64,000 bases of DNA from Candidatus Woesearchaeota archaeon (GCA_964447685.1 CAYUTI010000001.1:267064-331063); one strand, 5' to 3'. Shown: positions 20,126 to 29,522, counted from the first letter of the stretch. Notes: generated by a model from the sequence alone, not told the origin. Numbers and translations: made by a program.

Positions 20126-20200
20126 TAGCGAAGGGTGGATTTGAACCACCGACCTTTGGGTTATGAGCCCAACGGACACTCCTAGCTGTCCTACTTCGCT
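20126..20200 (-). tRNA. initiator tRNA-Met (CAT)
   Basis: Hand-folded; anticodon loop CTCATAA; A1:U72 pair and three G:C pairs in the anticodon stem (GGG/CCC) typical of archaeal initiators. Confidence 0.75.
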
Positions 20201-20444
20201 AGGATAAATGATTTAGAACTTTGTTTTTAAAGCTTTCGTATGAAGAATTGAAAAAAGAAGAAGGGTTGATAGAATTAAATTCTATGAAATGATTAGAAAA
20301 CTAATTTATTTCTTTTTCTTTGCTTTTGTTTTTGCTTTTTGAGCTGCCATGGCGAATTCACCTCTTTAATTATTAAGTGCAAAGTTATATGCAAACTTAC
20401 TTATCTCATTTTCTGTCTTTCAAAATATATTTTGTAGTATCTAT

Positions 20445-21503
20445 TTATACTAAACTACTTGTAATCAAGAAAGTCATGAATGCTGTATAGAGTATTAAGA
20501 AAAATAAACCTTCTGTTCTTTCTATCTTCCAACCACTTCTAATGAAGATTAATAATAACGCGCTAATGATTATCATGAATGGTGCAGTGATACTGATTGT
20601 TGAAGGTAAAATTATAAGTGGTTTAATCAAACTTGCTATTCCTCCTATGAACAAAATGTTTGCAATGTTAGAACCCAAAATGTTTCCTAAGGCAATGCTA
20701 CCATATCCTTTTTTAGTTGCTGAAAGAGACACGGATAGTTCTGGTAAAGATGTGCCTACAGCAATTAGGCTTATACCTATGATGTTTTCAGATATATTTA
20801 ACAGTTTAGCAAAAAATATCGCTTCTTCAATTAAATAATTTGCACTTAGAACTATAAATCCTCCACTAATAATTAAGATTAGAAAATCTTTAATTAGACT
20901 TTCTTTAAATGCTTCTCTAATCTTCTTTTTTTCTGCTGGAGAAATCTTTTTGTTATTCTTTCTATTGTTAATGCTTATTAATACCTTACTCTTAACTGTT
21001 AATACATACCTGAATTTGAAAAAATAATTAATAAATTCTCTAAAGTATCTTTGGTCTTGTGGATTTAATTCGAATAAGAATATTACATAAGCAATATAGA
21101 CTAGGATCATTAGAATTGCTTCTATTCTTGAAACTAGTCCGTTGTATAAGAAGATATAAAATAAAATAGTGATAAATAACATAATGTATCCATCTCTTTT
21201 TAGAATGCTTTCTTTTGTTTTTATAACGTAGAGAGTTGCTACGAAACCTAAAATTAAACTTATATTAGCTATATTTGAACCAATAATATTTCCTATAATG
21301 ATTCCAGGAGCATCTTTTAAAGATGCAGCTACTGATGAAGCCAATTCTGGTAAAGAGGTTCCTAATGCAACTACTGTTAAACCGATTATAAAATTTGAAA
21401 CACCTAACTTTTTGGATATTGTTGCTGCTACTTTAACGAAATGATCGGAGCTTTTAACTAGGAGTGTTAATGCTATTATAAAAATTAATAATTCTAGGAT
21501 CAT
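20445..21503 (-). CDS. Na+/Ca2+ exchanger (CaCA family, YrbG-like)
   Basis: Duplicated alpha-repeats GNIIGSNIANISLILG and GNILGSNIANILFIGG; multi-TM. Confidence 0.75.
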   Translation of the reverse strand: MILELLIFIIALTLLVKSSDHFVKVAATISKKLGVSNFIIGLTVVALGTSLPELASSVAASLKDAPGIIIGNIIGSNIANISLILGFVATLYVIKTKESILKRDGYIMLFITILFYIFLYNGLVSRIEAILMILVYIAYVIFLFELNPQDQRYFREFINYFFKFRYVLTVKSKVLISINNRKNNKKISPAEKKKIREAFKESLIKDFLILIISGGFIVLSANYLIEEAIFFAKLLNISENIIGISLIAVGTSLPELSVSLSATKKGYGSIALGNILGSNIANILFIGGIASLIKPLIILPSTISITAPFMIIISALLLIFIRSGWKIERTEGLFFLILYTAFMTFLITSSLV

Positions 21504-21835
21504 TTTTTCTTTCTTTTCTTCTTATTATTTTTTTTTGATATTTTTTTAACAATGAAATCTATCTCTGTATCTGTTTTGGTGATTATTATTATTGCTAATA
21601 TTAATAAAATTGTTGCAACTATAGCAGCTAATAATTTATAAAACATTCTTTCTCCCATAGGAACTATAGTTTCTATGAGGCTGTTAATTACATCTCTCCA
21701 CATAAAACCTGTTGCTAAAGTGAATGCACTTATCAACGAAGTTTTAACGATTTTTTTTGGTGTTATTTTTGCTTTTACCATTTTTCTTTTTGTAGATTCT
21801 ACTAAAGAATCCATTAATATGTTTTTCTTTTTCAA
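21500..21835 (-). CDS. small membrane protein with poly-Lys tail
   Basis: One TM segment; KKKRKKK C-terminus; coupled to the CaCA gene. Confidence 0.4.
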   Translation of the reverse strand: MKKKNILMDSLVESTKRKMVKAKITPKKIVKTSLISAFTLATGFMWRDVINSLIETIVPMGERMFYKLLAAIVATILLILAIIIITKTDTEIDFIVKKISKKNNKKKRKKK

Positions 21836-22124
21836 TTACATAATTGCTGATAACTGAACCTAGTAAATATAACATTATTCCTACTCCTAATAATGAATAG
21901 AATGAAGTGAAAATTTTTGTTAGGGGTGTAGTTGGTACAAAATCCCCATAACCAATTGTTGTGAGAGTCATTGTTGAAAAATAAAAGGAATCTAGATAAG
22001 ACCAATTCTCTGCTCCATGGAAGAAGATGGTTCCTAGTGATAATAATAGTATTACTGTTACTGAAGTAGCAATAATCTTATGATTCATTTTATCACATCC
22101 ACTACAACTGCACTTAATGAACAT
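21744..22124 (-). CDS. 2-TM potassium channel (KcsA-like pore)
   Basis: Selectivity filter TLTTIGYGD between two TM helices. Confidence 0.7.
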   Translation of the reverse strand: MFIKCSCSGCDKMNHKIIATSVTVILLLSLGTIFFHGAENWSYLDSFYFSTMTLTTIGYGDFVPTTPLTKIFTSFYSLLGVGIMLYLLGSVISNYVIEKEKHINGFFSRIYKKKNGKSKNNTKKNR

Positions 22125-22531
22125 GGAAATGTAACAATCACTGTTCGTTTAAAAGCTAATAAAAAATCTAGAGTCCATGGCGCTTTTTGTATTAAAGAGA
22201 GTGTTAGAGCTACTACTAGAAATGAAACTACATATGTTGTGATTGTTCTTTTAATGAAATGGTTTATATCTATTTTAACTGAATGTTTGTAATGATTAAA
22301 ATAAATGAACATTGCTATAAACAATATTGAAAGTAACATAAAAATCATTATATTTGTTAAAGGTAAAATATCTCCTAAGTGCCATGTTTCTTCTGTATAT
22401 CCTACTGGGATGGCTAGAATCGCTGCGCCTACAATAATTTGTAAAATATCTTTTGGATGAAAATTTTCTTTTACTGGTTTAATTAGTTCTTTAATTCTTT
22501 CGATCTCCTCTTTTTTAAGATTTTTTGGCAT
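22085..22531 (-). CDS. membrane protein, hypothetical
   Basis: Multi-TM hydropathy. Confidence 0.4.
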   Translation of the reverse strand: MPKNLKKEEIERIKELIKPVKENFHPKDILQIIVGAAILAIPVGYTEETWHLGDILPLTNIMIFMLLSILFIAMFIYFNHYKHSVKIDINHFIKRTITTYVVSFLVVALTLSLIQKAPWTLDFLLAFKRTVIVTFPCSLSAVVVDVIK

Positions 22532-22532
22532 T

Positions 22533-23129
22533 TTATATTATTTCCATTAGGATTAATAGTCCTAATATTAATAAACCTATCGATGCTATTTCTTCTTTGT
22601 ATTTTATTTTTGATATTTTTTCTGATGCATAGATAACTAATAAAATTTCTAGAATTGTTGCTGTTAAGATTCCTGCTATGGTTAAGATTCGATTATTTTC
22701 TAAGAACAATGGAGAGTAGGCTATGATGTCATCAATTACTGTTGCTACAGAAGCAATAAAACCTATTAACAATAAAATTAAACCTCTTTTTTTTGAGGGG
22801 TAATTTTTAATTATTTTTTCTTTTTCTTTTTCTAATTTTTCTACTTTTGCTCTAGGTTTGTGAATTAGTAAATCGAAGTAAATTATTATAGCTAGTGCAA
22901 AAATTAAAGTTGCTGCTATATATCTGTAATATGGGAAGAGTTTAAGAATACTTGAGAAGAAAATTGCTAGGATTATTGCAAGGATAATCGCTAATAAAGT
23001 TCCTATTGAAAAGAAAATTTTTCCTGTTCTTGTTTTTGTGACTGAAGCTAAAATTGGGATATGGGTTATAGTGTCATCTAAACCGGTTATTATTTTTACT
23101 AAGAATCCTAGTATGAAGTATTTTAACAT
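22533..23129 (-). CDS. putative two-repeat cation/metal efflux membrane protein (CadD-like)
   Basis: Two homologous halves, each with an intramembrane Asp motif (GLDDTITHIPILA / ATVIDDIIAYSPLF). Confidence 0.35.
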   Translation of the reverse strand: MLKYFILGFLVKIITGLDDTITHIPILASVTKTRTGKIFFSIGTLLAIILAIILAIFFSSILKLFPYYRYIAATLIFALAIIIYFDLLIHKPRAKVEKLEKEKEKIIKNYPSKKRGLILLLIGFIASVATVIDDIIAYSPLFLENNRILTIAGILTATILEILLVIYASEKISKIKYKEEIASIGLLILGLLILMEII

Positions 23130-23158
23130 CCTTTTTTATTATACTTTTTTCAAAAAAT

Positions 23159-23428
23159 TTATTTTAAGATCTTTTTTGCTAGTTTTTGAGTTGTATCCAT
23201 AGCTATTCTGTTTGTATTGCTTATTGCTTTTATTATTGCTTTTTCAAAATTTGTTGCAGTAACAACTCCTCCCTTGGCTAGTTTTTTTGCTTCTTTAAAA
23301 GTATTGTTAGTTGCTTTTAGTAAAAGGTTTCCACTATAGCCTGTATCTGAAAGAATTCTTTTTACTGTATTAGCTGGAAGTTCAATAATTTTTCCAGCAG
23401 GGGTTTTAACCTTTATTTTTTTTGACAT
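23159..23428 (-). CDS. small basic protein, possible histone-fold/DNA-binding (DUF1931-like)
   Basis: 89 aa, Lys-rich, no TM. Confidence 0.3.
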   Translation of the reverse strand: MSKKIKVKTPAGKIIELPANTVKRILSDTGYSGNLLLKATNNTFKEAKKLAKGGVVTATNFEKAIIKAISNTNRIAMDTTQKLAKKILK

Positions 23429-23523
23429 TATACATGCACCTCCTTTTTATGTTATAATCTATAGATTTAGTTATATAAAAGTTTTTCGTTAGTTTTATTA
23501 AGTTTGTTTGTTTTATTTTTAAT

Positions 23524-24534
23524 ATGATTATTGATGGAAGTTATGGAGAGGGAGGAGGAAGTATTGTTCGGCAAGCTGTAAGTTTAGCTGCTGTTACTGG
23601 AACAGAAATTGAGATTGAGAATATTAGAAAAGGTAGATGTACTTCTGGTTTGAAAGAACAACATTTGCAAGGTGTTCGTGCTGTTGCTTCTTTATGTGAC
23701 GGTTCTTTGGAAGGTGATGTGATTGGAAGTTGTGATATTAAATTTGTGCCTGGTGATAGTTTTAAGAGTTCTTTGAAAGTTAATATTGGAACTGCTGGTT
23801 CTGTTGGTTTGGTTTTGCAAGCTTTGATGTTGCCTTGCTTTTTTAGTTCTAAGAATATTAAGATTGAAATAAAAGGTGGAGGGACTTTAGGTTTACATGC
23901 TCCTAATTTGTTGTATACTTCTTCAGTATTATTACCTCTTATTTCTAAGTTTGGTTATAATGGTTCTGTTGATATTTTGAAACATGGTTTTTATCCGAAA
24001 GGTGGAGCGGATGTTATCTTTAAGAGTAAGCCTTGTTCGGAAGTTAGTAACTTTGAGTGTTTGGAAAAAGGAAAACTTTTAGATGTTAAGGGTTATAGTT
24101 TAAGTTCTGAAGATTTGAAAACAGCTAAAGTTTCTGAAAGAATGAGTTCTGGTGCAAGAGAATCTTTAAATATACCTGAAGTCTCATTTGAGAATCAGTA
24201 TGCTGAGAGTTTAAGTTCTGGTGCAGGGATTTTACTTGTTGGGAGTTTTGAGAATTCTTTAATTAGTTGGGATGCTTTAGGTGAGAAAGGAAAAAGAGCA
24301 GAAGTTGTTGGTTCTGAAGCTGGAAGTGGATTTATTAAACAGATTAGTTCTAGTGGAGTAATTGATGATTATATGGTTGATCAGATTTTATCTTTCTTAG
24401 CGTTTAGTTCTAAGAGTTCTAAGTTTAGAGTAAATTCTGTGAGTGAACATGCTAAAACTAATATGTGGTTGATTAAAAAGTTTTTAGATGTTGATTTTAA
24501 AGTTAGAGGAAATGTTGTGGAGGTTAGAAAATGA
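23524..24534 (+). CDS. rtcA: RNA 3'-terminal phosphate cyclase
   Basis: DGSYGEGGGSIVRQAVSLAAVTG at the N-terminus (the RtcA GEGGGQ loop). Confidence 0.85.
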   Translation: MIIDGSYGEGGGSIVRQAVSLAAVTGTEIEIENIRKGRCTSGLKEQHLQGVRAVASLCDGSLEGDVIGSCDIKFVPGDSFKSSLKVNIGTAGSVGLVLQALMLPCFFSSKNIKIEIKGGGTLGLHAPNLLYTSSVLLPLISKFGYNGSVDILKHGFYPKGGADVIFKSKPCSEVSNFECLEKGKLLDVKGYSLSSEDLKTAKVSERMSSGARESLNIPEVSFENQYAESLSSGAGILLVGSFENSLISWDALGEKGKRAEVVGSEAGSGFIKQISSSGVIDDYMVDQILSFLAFSSKSSKFRVNSVSEHAKTNMWLIKKFLDVDFKVRGNVVEVRK

Positions 24535-24923
24535 GTCACTTAAAAACAAAAATAGCGGAATATGGAATAATAATTAAAGATAATAAATTTTTAATGCTTA
24601 AATTTTCTAAGGAAGCAAATCCTTCTGAGAAGTGGATCTTTCCTGGTGGGAGATTAGATAAAGGTGATAATCCTAAAAAAGCTTTAGTTCGAGAGATTAA
24701 AGAAGAAACCAATTTAGATGTTAAAATTCTTTATCCTTGTGATGTTAGTGTATGGGGAAAAGGAGAAGATCATAGATATGCTGTATTTTTTGTTTGTAAA
24801 TTGAAAAAAGGAGAAGTTAAATTATCTAAAGAACATCAAGATTTTAAGTGGTTTTCTTTTGATGATAAAATAGATTTTCATGATAAGTCTTTTGAAAAAG
24901 TTTTGGAGGTGATTAAAAAATGA
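24531..24923 (+). CDS. Nudix hydrolase
   Basis: Nudix box GGRLDKGDNPKKALVREIKEETNL. Confidence 0.75.
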   Translation: MSHLKTKIAEYGIIIKDNKFLMLKFSKEANPSEKWIFPGGRLDKGDNPKKALVREIKEETNLDVKILYPCDVSVWGKGEDHRYAVFFVCKLKKGEVKLSKEHQDFKWFSFDDKIDFHDKSFEKVLEVIKK

Positions 24924-25135
24924 GTGGACCTGGAGAAGGAAAAAAATTGTTGAAAGGTGTTAAGGTGTATGTGCATGAGAAAGGGAAATCTGGTGCTACT
25001 GTTACTCATATAGATATTGAGGGGGCTAGCATTTCTAAGATTATTAAAGAAGGTGAGACTAGTTTTGTTAAGGGTAAGAAAGGTGGATGTTTTATTGCTT
25101 TGAAGAAGGAAATGATTAAGAGGGCTGAGAAATGA
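24920..25135 (+). CDS. small basic hypothetical protein
   Basis: 71 aa, coupled by start/stop overlap. Confidence 0.4.
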   Translation: MSGPGEGKKLLKGVKVYVHEKGKSGATVTHIDIEGASISKIIKEGETSFVKGKKGGCFIALKKEMIKRAEK

Positions 25136-25362
25136 GTTTGAATCCTTTGGTTGCTAAAGCTCAAGGTTTTGAACAGATGAGCCTACATGAAAGAGGTGGA
25201 TCTTGTAGAAGTAGTATGGAAGATATAGTTAGGAATAATCTTGAGAGGTTGGAAGTTGTTCGTAAGTTTATTGAAGAAGGTCCTTGTGTTGAAGAAGTTA
25301 GTGAGTATAAAGGTAAATTAAATCTTTTGGTTGCTAAGGTTCATGGAAGATATAGACAATAG
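25132..25362 (+). CDS. small hypothetical protein with internal repeat
   Basis: NPLVAKAQG...NLLVAKVHG duplicated segment. Confidence 0.4.
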   Translation: MSLNPLVAKAQGFEQMSLHERGGSCRSSMEDIVRNNLERLEVVRKFIEEGPCVEEVSEYKGKLNLLVAKVHGRYRQ

Positions 25363-25400
25363 AAAGGTTTAAAAGATTAAATTTGTTTTATTTTTATTGT

Positions 25401-25528
25401 GCCGAGGTCGCATAGCCTGGCCATTGCGAAGGATTGCTATAGGCTAAAAAGTCTATTAGATTACCTTTAATGGCTTACAAAGATCCTTTGTCCGTAAGGG
25501 CACGGGGGTTCAAATCCCCCCCTCGGCG
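25401..25528 (+). tRNA. tRNA-Ser (GCU) with 43-nt intron at 37/38
   Basis: Acceptor GCCGAGG/CCTCGGC, discriminator G, long variable arm GTCC-GTAA-GGGC, T-loop TTCAAAT; exon anticodon stem AAGGA/TCCTT; intron 25440-25482. Confidence 0.75.
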
Positions 25529-25540
25529 TTTTTATTATTT

Positions 25541-25813
25541 TTAAGAATAAACTCTTAATCGCTCTTGGATATATTGGGGTAATTGAGAAAAATCAATATT
25601 TTCGTTTATCACTACATCAAACATAGCAATCATAAACTTTGTTAAACCTTCATAAAAATCATTAATTGAACCTGCTGTTAAACATTCCTCTTTATAGATC
25701 ATTCTTATACTTTCTTCCATTGCTTTTAATCTATGTTCATTTATTCCTTTGGCTCTTGCTTCAGCGAACAAATCAGATTCTACTCTTGAGAAATCTTGTA
25801 GTGTGATTAACAT
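25541..25813 (-). CDS. hypothetical protein
   Basis: 90 aa. Confidence 0.4.
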   Translation of the reverse strand: MLITLQDFSRVESDLFAEARAKGINEHRLKAMEESIRMIYKEECLTAGSINDFYEGLTKFMIAMFDVVINENIDFSQLPQYIQERLRVYS

Positions 25814-25817
25814 TTTT

Positions 25818-26192
25818 TCAAAGAACTCTTTTTAGCATTGAATCTGCTGTATCGCTTTCTAAGTAAGCTGTTGAATTAATTTGATAAGCACTTTTAGGAA
25901 TTGTATTTAAAAGACCACTTAGTTTTTCTTTTAATGGGCCTTCAGCTTTATGACCTGCTTTTGTTGAAAACATGATTAATCTTTCATCTTCTGAAACCAT
26001 TTCGTCTATCATTATAATGCCCTGTTCAGGTAATAAATTTTTTTGAGTTGCTTCTTCTAAGGTTTCTTCTATTTGGGTCCTATAACGACCATTTTTTACT
26101 TTAATACTAAGAACTACAGGATTTCCATATTCTGGATCTGAATCTACTATTGCTTGGTCCAGGCATATTCTTAAGTCGTCTATTTTGTTCAT
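25818..26192 (-). CDS. hypothetical protein downstream of the GGDEF gene
   Basis: 124 aa; possibly an alpha/beta regulatory fold. Confidence 0.4.
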   Translation of the reverse strand: MNKIDDLRICLDQAIVDSDPEYGNPVVLSIKVKNGRYRTQIEETLEEATQKNLLPEQGIIMIDEMVSEDERLIMFSTKAGHKAEGPLKEKLSGLLNTIPKSAYQINSTAYLESDTADSMLKRVL

Positions 26193-26266
26193 TTTAACCC
26201 TTAATTTTTAAGTATTTTTGGTTTATAAATCTTTCTAATTGTTATTATTTCTTAGTAGTGGTATTT

Positions 26267-27211
26267 TTAGACAGATTTTACGGTTTGATTTCTACCACTC
26301 TGTTTAGCGGTGTATAATGCTTTGTCTGCTCTTGCTACTAAATCTAGTTTATTTTCTTCTTCTTTAAGCTGAGCAACACCTGCACTGATAGTAATTCTAA
26401 TAGGAATACCTTTATATTCAAAATATTCATTTTCTATTGCTTTTCTTATTTCATCAGTTTCTTTTTGAGCAGTTTCTAAATCTTTTCCTGGGAACAGTAA
26501 TGAAAATTCTTCTCCACCATACCTTCCACTTAATTTTTCTCCAGCTTTCTCTCTGATTATTCTTGATACTTCAGTTAGAACATAGTCACCTCCTAGGTGA
26601 CCAATTCTTTCATTATGATCTCTAAAATGATCAATATCAATCATTGCAAAGGAAAATGATTCATTATATCTATTTGCTGTTCTTACTCTATAGTCTATTG
26701 CTCTTTCTAGAGTTCTTCTATTTTGTAAGCTAGTTAAAGCGTCTATATCACTTAGTTCTTCATTTGCTTTTTTGTTTTTGATCTTTTTTTCTGCTAAAGA
26801 AGCAATCTTTTTAATTAAATGGATTTGTGGACCTATGAAACCTTGTTTATTATAAACAAAGAATACCCCATTTTCAGTAGGAATTGCTAGGTAAGGACCA
26901 TTATGAGTTGTTCTTTGACTTTCATAGGTTGTAGTTATTAACTCTTCTACTCCTTCCAAGGTTTCTGGAGTTTCTTTAATTCTTCCTCTTTCAAGTAATT
27001 CATCTCCTTCAATAATTCTAACAGAACCACCTTCTAATTCATCTCCAAGGTTTCTGAAATATTCTTGAATTGCTCTAAGAGTTTGGTTTGCTAATTCTCC
27101 AACATCATTATAATCATCTAACTCTTCTTGAACTGCACTAATAAAAGAGAGCTCACTAGGCGAAAACTGTCCATATTCTCTTATAAGTTTGTCTAGTGCC
27201 ATTTTATTCAC
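26267..27211 (-). CDS. GGDEF-domain diguanylate cyclase with unknown ~150-aa N-terminal domain
   Basis: Full motif set DALTSLQNRR, FSFAMIDIDHFRDHNERIGH, GGDYVL, GRYGGEEFSLLFPG, ISAGVA, ADKALYTAKQSGRNQ; no RxxD I-site. Confidence 0.85.
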   Translation of the reverse strand: MNKMALDKLIREYGQFSPSELSFISAVQEELDDYNDVGELANQTLRAIQEYFRNLGDELEGGSVRIIEGDELLERGRIKETPETLEGVEELITTTYESQRTTHNGPYLAIPTENGVFFVYNKQGFIGPQIHLIKKIASLAEKKIKNKKANEELSDIDALTSLQNRRTLERAIDYRVRTANRYNESFSFAMIDIDHFRDHNERIGHLGGDYVLTEVSRIIREKAGEKLSGRYGGEEFSLLFPGKDLETAQKETDEIRKAIENEYFEYKGIPIRITISAGVAQLKEEENKLDLVARADKALYTAKQSGRNQTVKSV

Positions 27212-27271
27212 CTATTTTAGTTACTAATAAGTAGTTATTATAGTTTATAAAGGTTTCGGTATGTTAGAACG

Positions 27272-28024
27272 TTACAAAGACCGTTTATATCCTATATTTA
27301 GGCTTTCTAGAAGAGTTTTTACATGTTCTTTGTTAGATCCTAGGCCTTTCCAGTCTAATAAAATGAATTCTGTAGGTTCTTTAGATTTCTGTATACATTG
27401 GTTTAGAAGGTCTTCATTTAAAGCGGGTAAAGAGTGTTTTGCACAGATGTAACTGATTGTATATTCTGTTTCTAAGAGAACATTATTTGCTTTTTGATTA
27501 TAGTGTTGACCACCTAGTAAAAGTATTGATTTGTAGGTTTTATATGGTTTAGAGAGGGTCTCTATTAGGGTTTTAGCTATGATTTTTGCTGGTAATTTGT
27601 CTGTCCATTGGGTTTTTGTAGTGCCTATTTCTATGAATATTACAGGTGTTTCTAAGTAGGGTCCATGATGAACTTGTTCTGTTGTTAATTCGTAGTTTGA
27701 ATCGTTGTTTTTGTTAAGGTTTAAGAAAAGAGTTTTGAAGAATGAGGGGATTGTAGGACAGATTTTTTTTGGTTTTCCGCCGAATTCTGCTTTATCCCAG
27801 TTTCCAGGAATGTGTATAGATAGAGTTTTTCTTTCTTGTTGAGATTGGTGTTTAGTTGCGAAAATTATTAAGTCTGAGTTTAGAGTTTTGTCTATATTTT
27901 CTGCGTAAATAGATTCTTCTACATGGTGGATTGATACATTTTTTGGTAAAGTGAGTTTTTTTAGTTCTTGTTCTATGTTTAAAGAAGCTTTGTCCTGGTT
28001 TGAGATGATAATTGTTGTTTTCAT
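27272..28024 (-). CDS. dtdA: D-aminoacyl-tRNA deacylase, archaeal type (DtdA/DTD2)
   Basis: SIHIPGNWDKAEFGGK, HHGPYLETPVIFIEIG and LLDWKGLG align with the archaeal DTD2 conserved blocks. Confidence 0.7.
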   Translation of the reverse strand: MKTTIIISNQDKASLNIEQELKKLTLPKNVSIHHVEESIYAENIDKTLNSDLIIFATKHQSQQERKTLSIHIPGNWDKAEFGGKPKKICPTIPSFFKTLFLNLNKNNDSNYELTTEQVHHGPYLETPVIFIEIGTTKTQWTDKLPAKIIAKTLIETLSKPYKTYKSILLLGGQHYNQKANNVLLETEYTISYICAKHSLPALNEDLLNQCIQKSKEPTEFILLDWKGLGSNKEHVKTLLESLNIGYKRSL

Positions 28025-28067
28025 TGTTTTGGGAAGGTTTTTATAGGTATATAAGTTTTTTTAATAT

Positions 28068-29522
28068 ATGTTAAAATATGTAATCATAGATTGTTATACG
28101 GATGAACCTGCGGGATTAGGTGTTCCGCCTTACTTAGGAACTTATCCTAGATATCTTTATGGAAAGTATTTTGGGAAGGTTTCTTATTTGACAATTGATG
28201 ATATTCGTTTATGGAAGAAAACTGGTTCTAAAATAAAGAGAGTTAAGATAAGTGGTAAGAGTGATAAGAAGACTTACAATTTATCTAAGAATTATGCTAA
28301 GGTTGAGGGTTTGTTGAGAAAAGCTAAAGTTTTGATTGTTATATTGGGTGTACATACTCCTGGAAAGTATTTGAGTGCTGAACCTGGAACTTTGAAAGAG
28401 ATTAATTCGTTGTTGAAAGATGTTAAGACTAAAAAGGTTTTAACTGGACCTGCTGTTTATGGAACTCAAGTTGAGGGTGGAAAGAAAGTAGAGTTAAGAT
28501 TTGAGGGTTTAGTTGAAGAAGATATGATTGGTAGTTATGATGAGATTAAGAAGTATGCTTTAAAAGGTGTTAATATTTTAGATGAGATTGATGATTTAAG
28601 AATAGTTGAGATTGAAACTTCAAAAGGTTGTTCTCGTAAAAAAGGATGTAGTTTTTGTACTGAGCCTTTGAAAAGTTGTTTAGAAGTTCGTAAGTTAGAT
28701 GATGTTTTAAAAGAAGTTGAAGCTTTGTATAAAAAAGGTGTGAGGTATTTTAGAATTGGTAAGCAAAGTTGTTTTTATTCTTATCCTTGGGCTATTGAGT
28801 TACTTAAAGGAATTCGTGCTAAGTGTCCTGATATAAAAGTTTTACATATTGATAATGTAAACCCAATGATGGTTGTTAGTGATAAAGGTGTTGAAATTAC
28901 TAAAGCTATTGTTAAATATTGTACTTCTGGAAATGTTGCTGCTTTTGGAGTTGAGAGTTTTGATCCTCAAGTTATCTCTGAGAACAATTTAAATTGTGTT
29001 GATGTTGATAAAGTAATTGAAGCTATTAGAATTATTAATAAGTATGGTTCAGAAAGAGGTTCTAATGGTTTGCCTAAGTTTTTACCAGGTATTAATTTAA
29101 TTTTAGGTTTGAAAGGTGAAAGTAAAAAAACTTTAGATTTGAATTTTAAGTATTTGAAAAAGATACTTGATGAAGGTTTGATGATTAGAAGAATTAATAT
29201 TCGTAAAGTTGTTGTTTTTCCTGGAACTGAAATGAGTAAGGTTGGAGATAAGTTTCTTAAACAGAATGGTAAGTATTATTTTGAGTTTAGGAAGAAGCTT
29301 AGAGAAGAGATTGATGCTAAGTTTTTAGAAAGAGTTGTTCCTAAAGGTAATATTCTTAAAAATGTTAGAATGGAAGTTTATGAAGGAAAGAAAACTTTTG
29401 GTAGACAGGTAGGGACATATCCTTTAGTTGTGGGTGTTGAGGGTAGATATGGAATAGGTAAGTTTTATGATGTTGAAGTTGAGGATTATATGCTTAGAAG
29501 TGTGAAAGGGAAAGTTATTTAA
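28068..29522 (+). CDS. radical SAM superfamily protein with YgiQ/UPF0313-like N-terminal domain
   Basis: N-terminus VIIDCYTDEPAGLGVPPYL; Cys cluster CSRKKGCSFC (Cx5Cx2C rather than Cx3Cx2C). Confidence 0.55.
   Translation: MLKYVIIDCYTDEPAGLGVPPYLGTYPRYLYGKYFGKVSYLTIDDIRLWKKTGSKIKRVKISGKSDKKTYNLSKNYAKVEGLLRKAKVLIVILGVHTPGKYLSAEPGTLKEINSLLKDVKTKKVLTGPAVYGTQVEGGKKVELRFEGLVEEDMIGSYDEIKKYALKGVNILDEIDDLRIVEIETSKGCSRKKGCSFCTEPLKSCLEVRKLDDVLKEVEALYKKGVRYFRIGKQSCFYSYPWAIELLKGIRAKCPDIKVLHIDNVNPMMVVSDKGVEITKAIVKYCTSGNVAAFGVESFDPQVISENNLNCVDVDKVIEAIRIINKYGSERGSNGLPKFLPGINLILGLKGESKKTLDLNFKYLKKILDEGLMIRRINIRKVVVFPGTEMSKVGDKFLKQNGKYYFEFRKKLREEIDAKFLERVVPKGNILKNVRMEVYEGKKTFGRQVGTYPLVVGVEGRYGIGKFYDVEVEDYMLRSVKGKVI

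Noticed and set aside
19818-20838. ORFs 19818..20144 and 20542..20838 (+)
   Set aside because: Antisense to rnhB and to the CaCA transporter respectively; no motifs.
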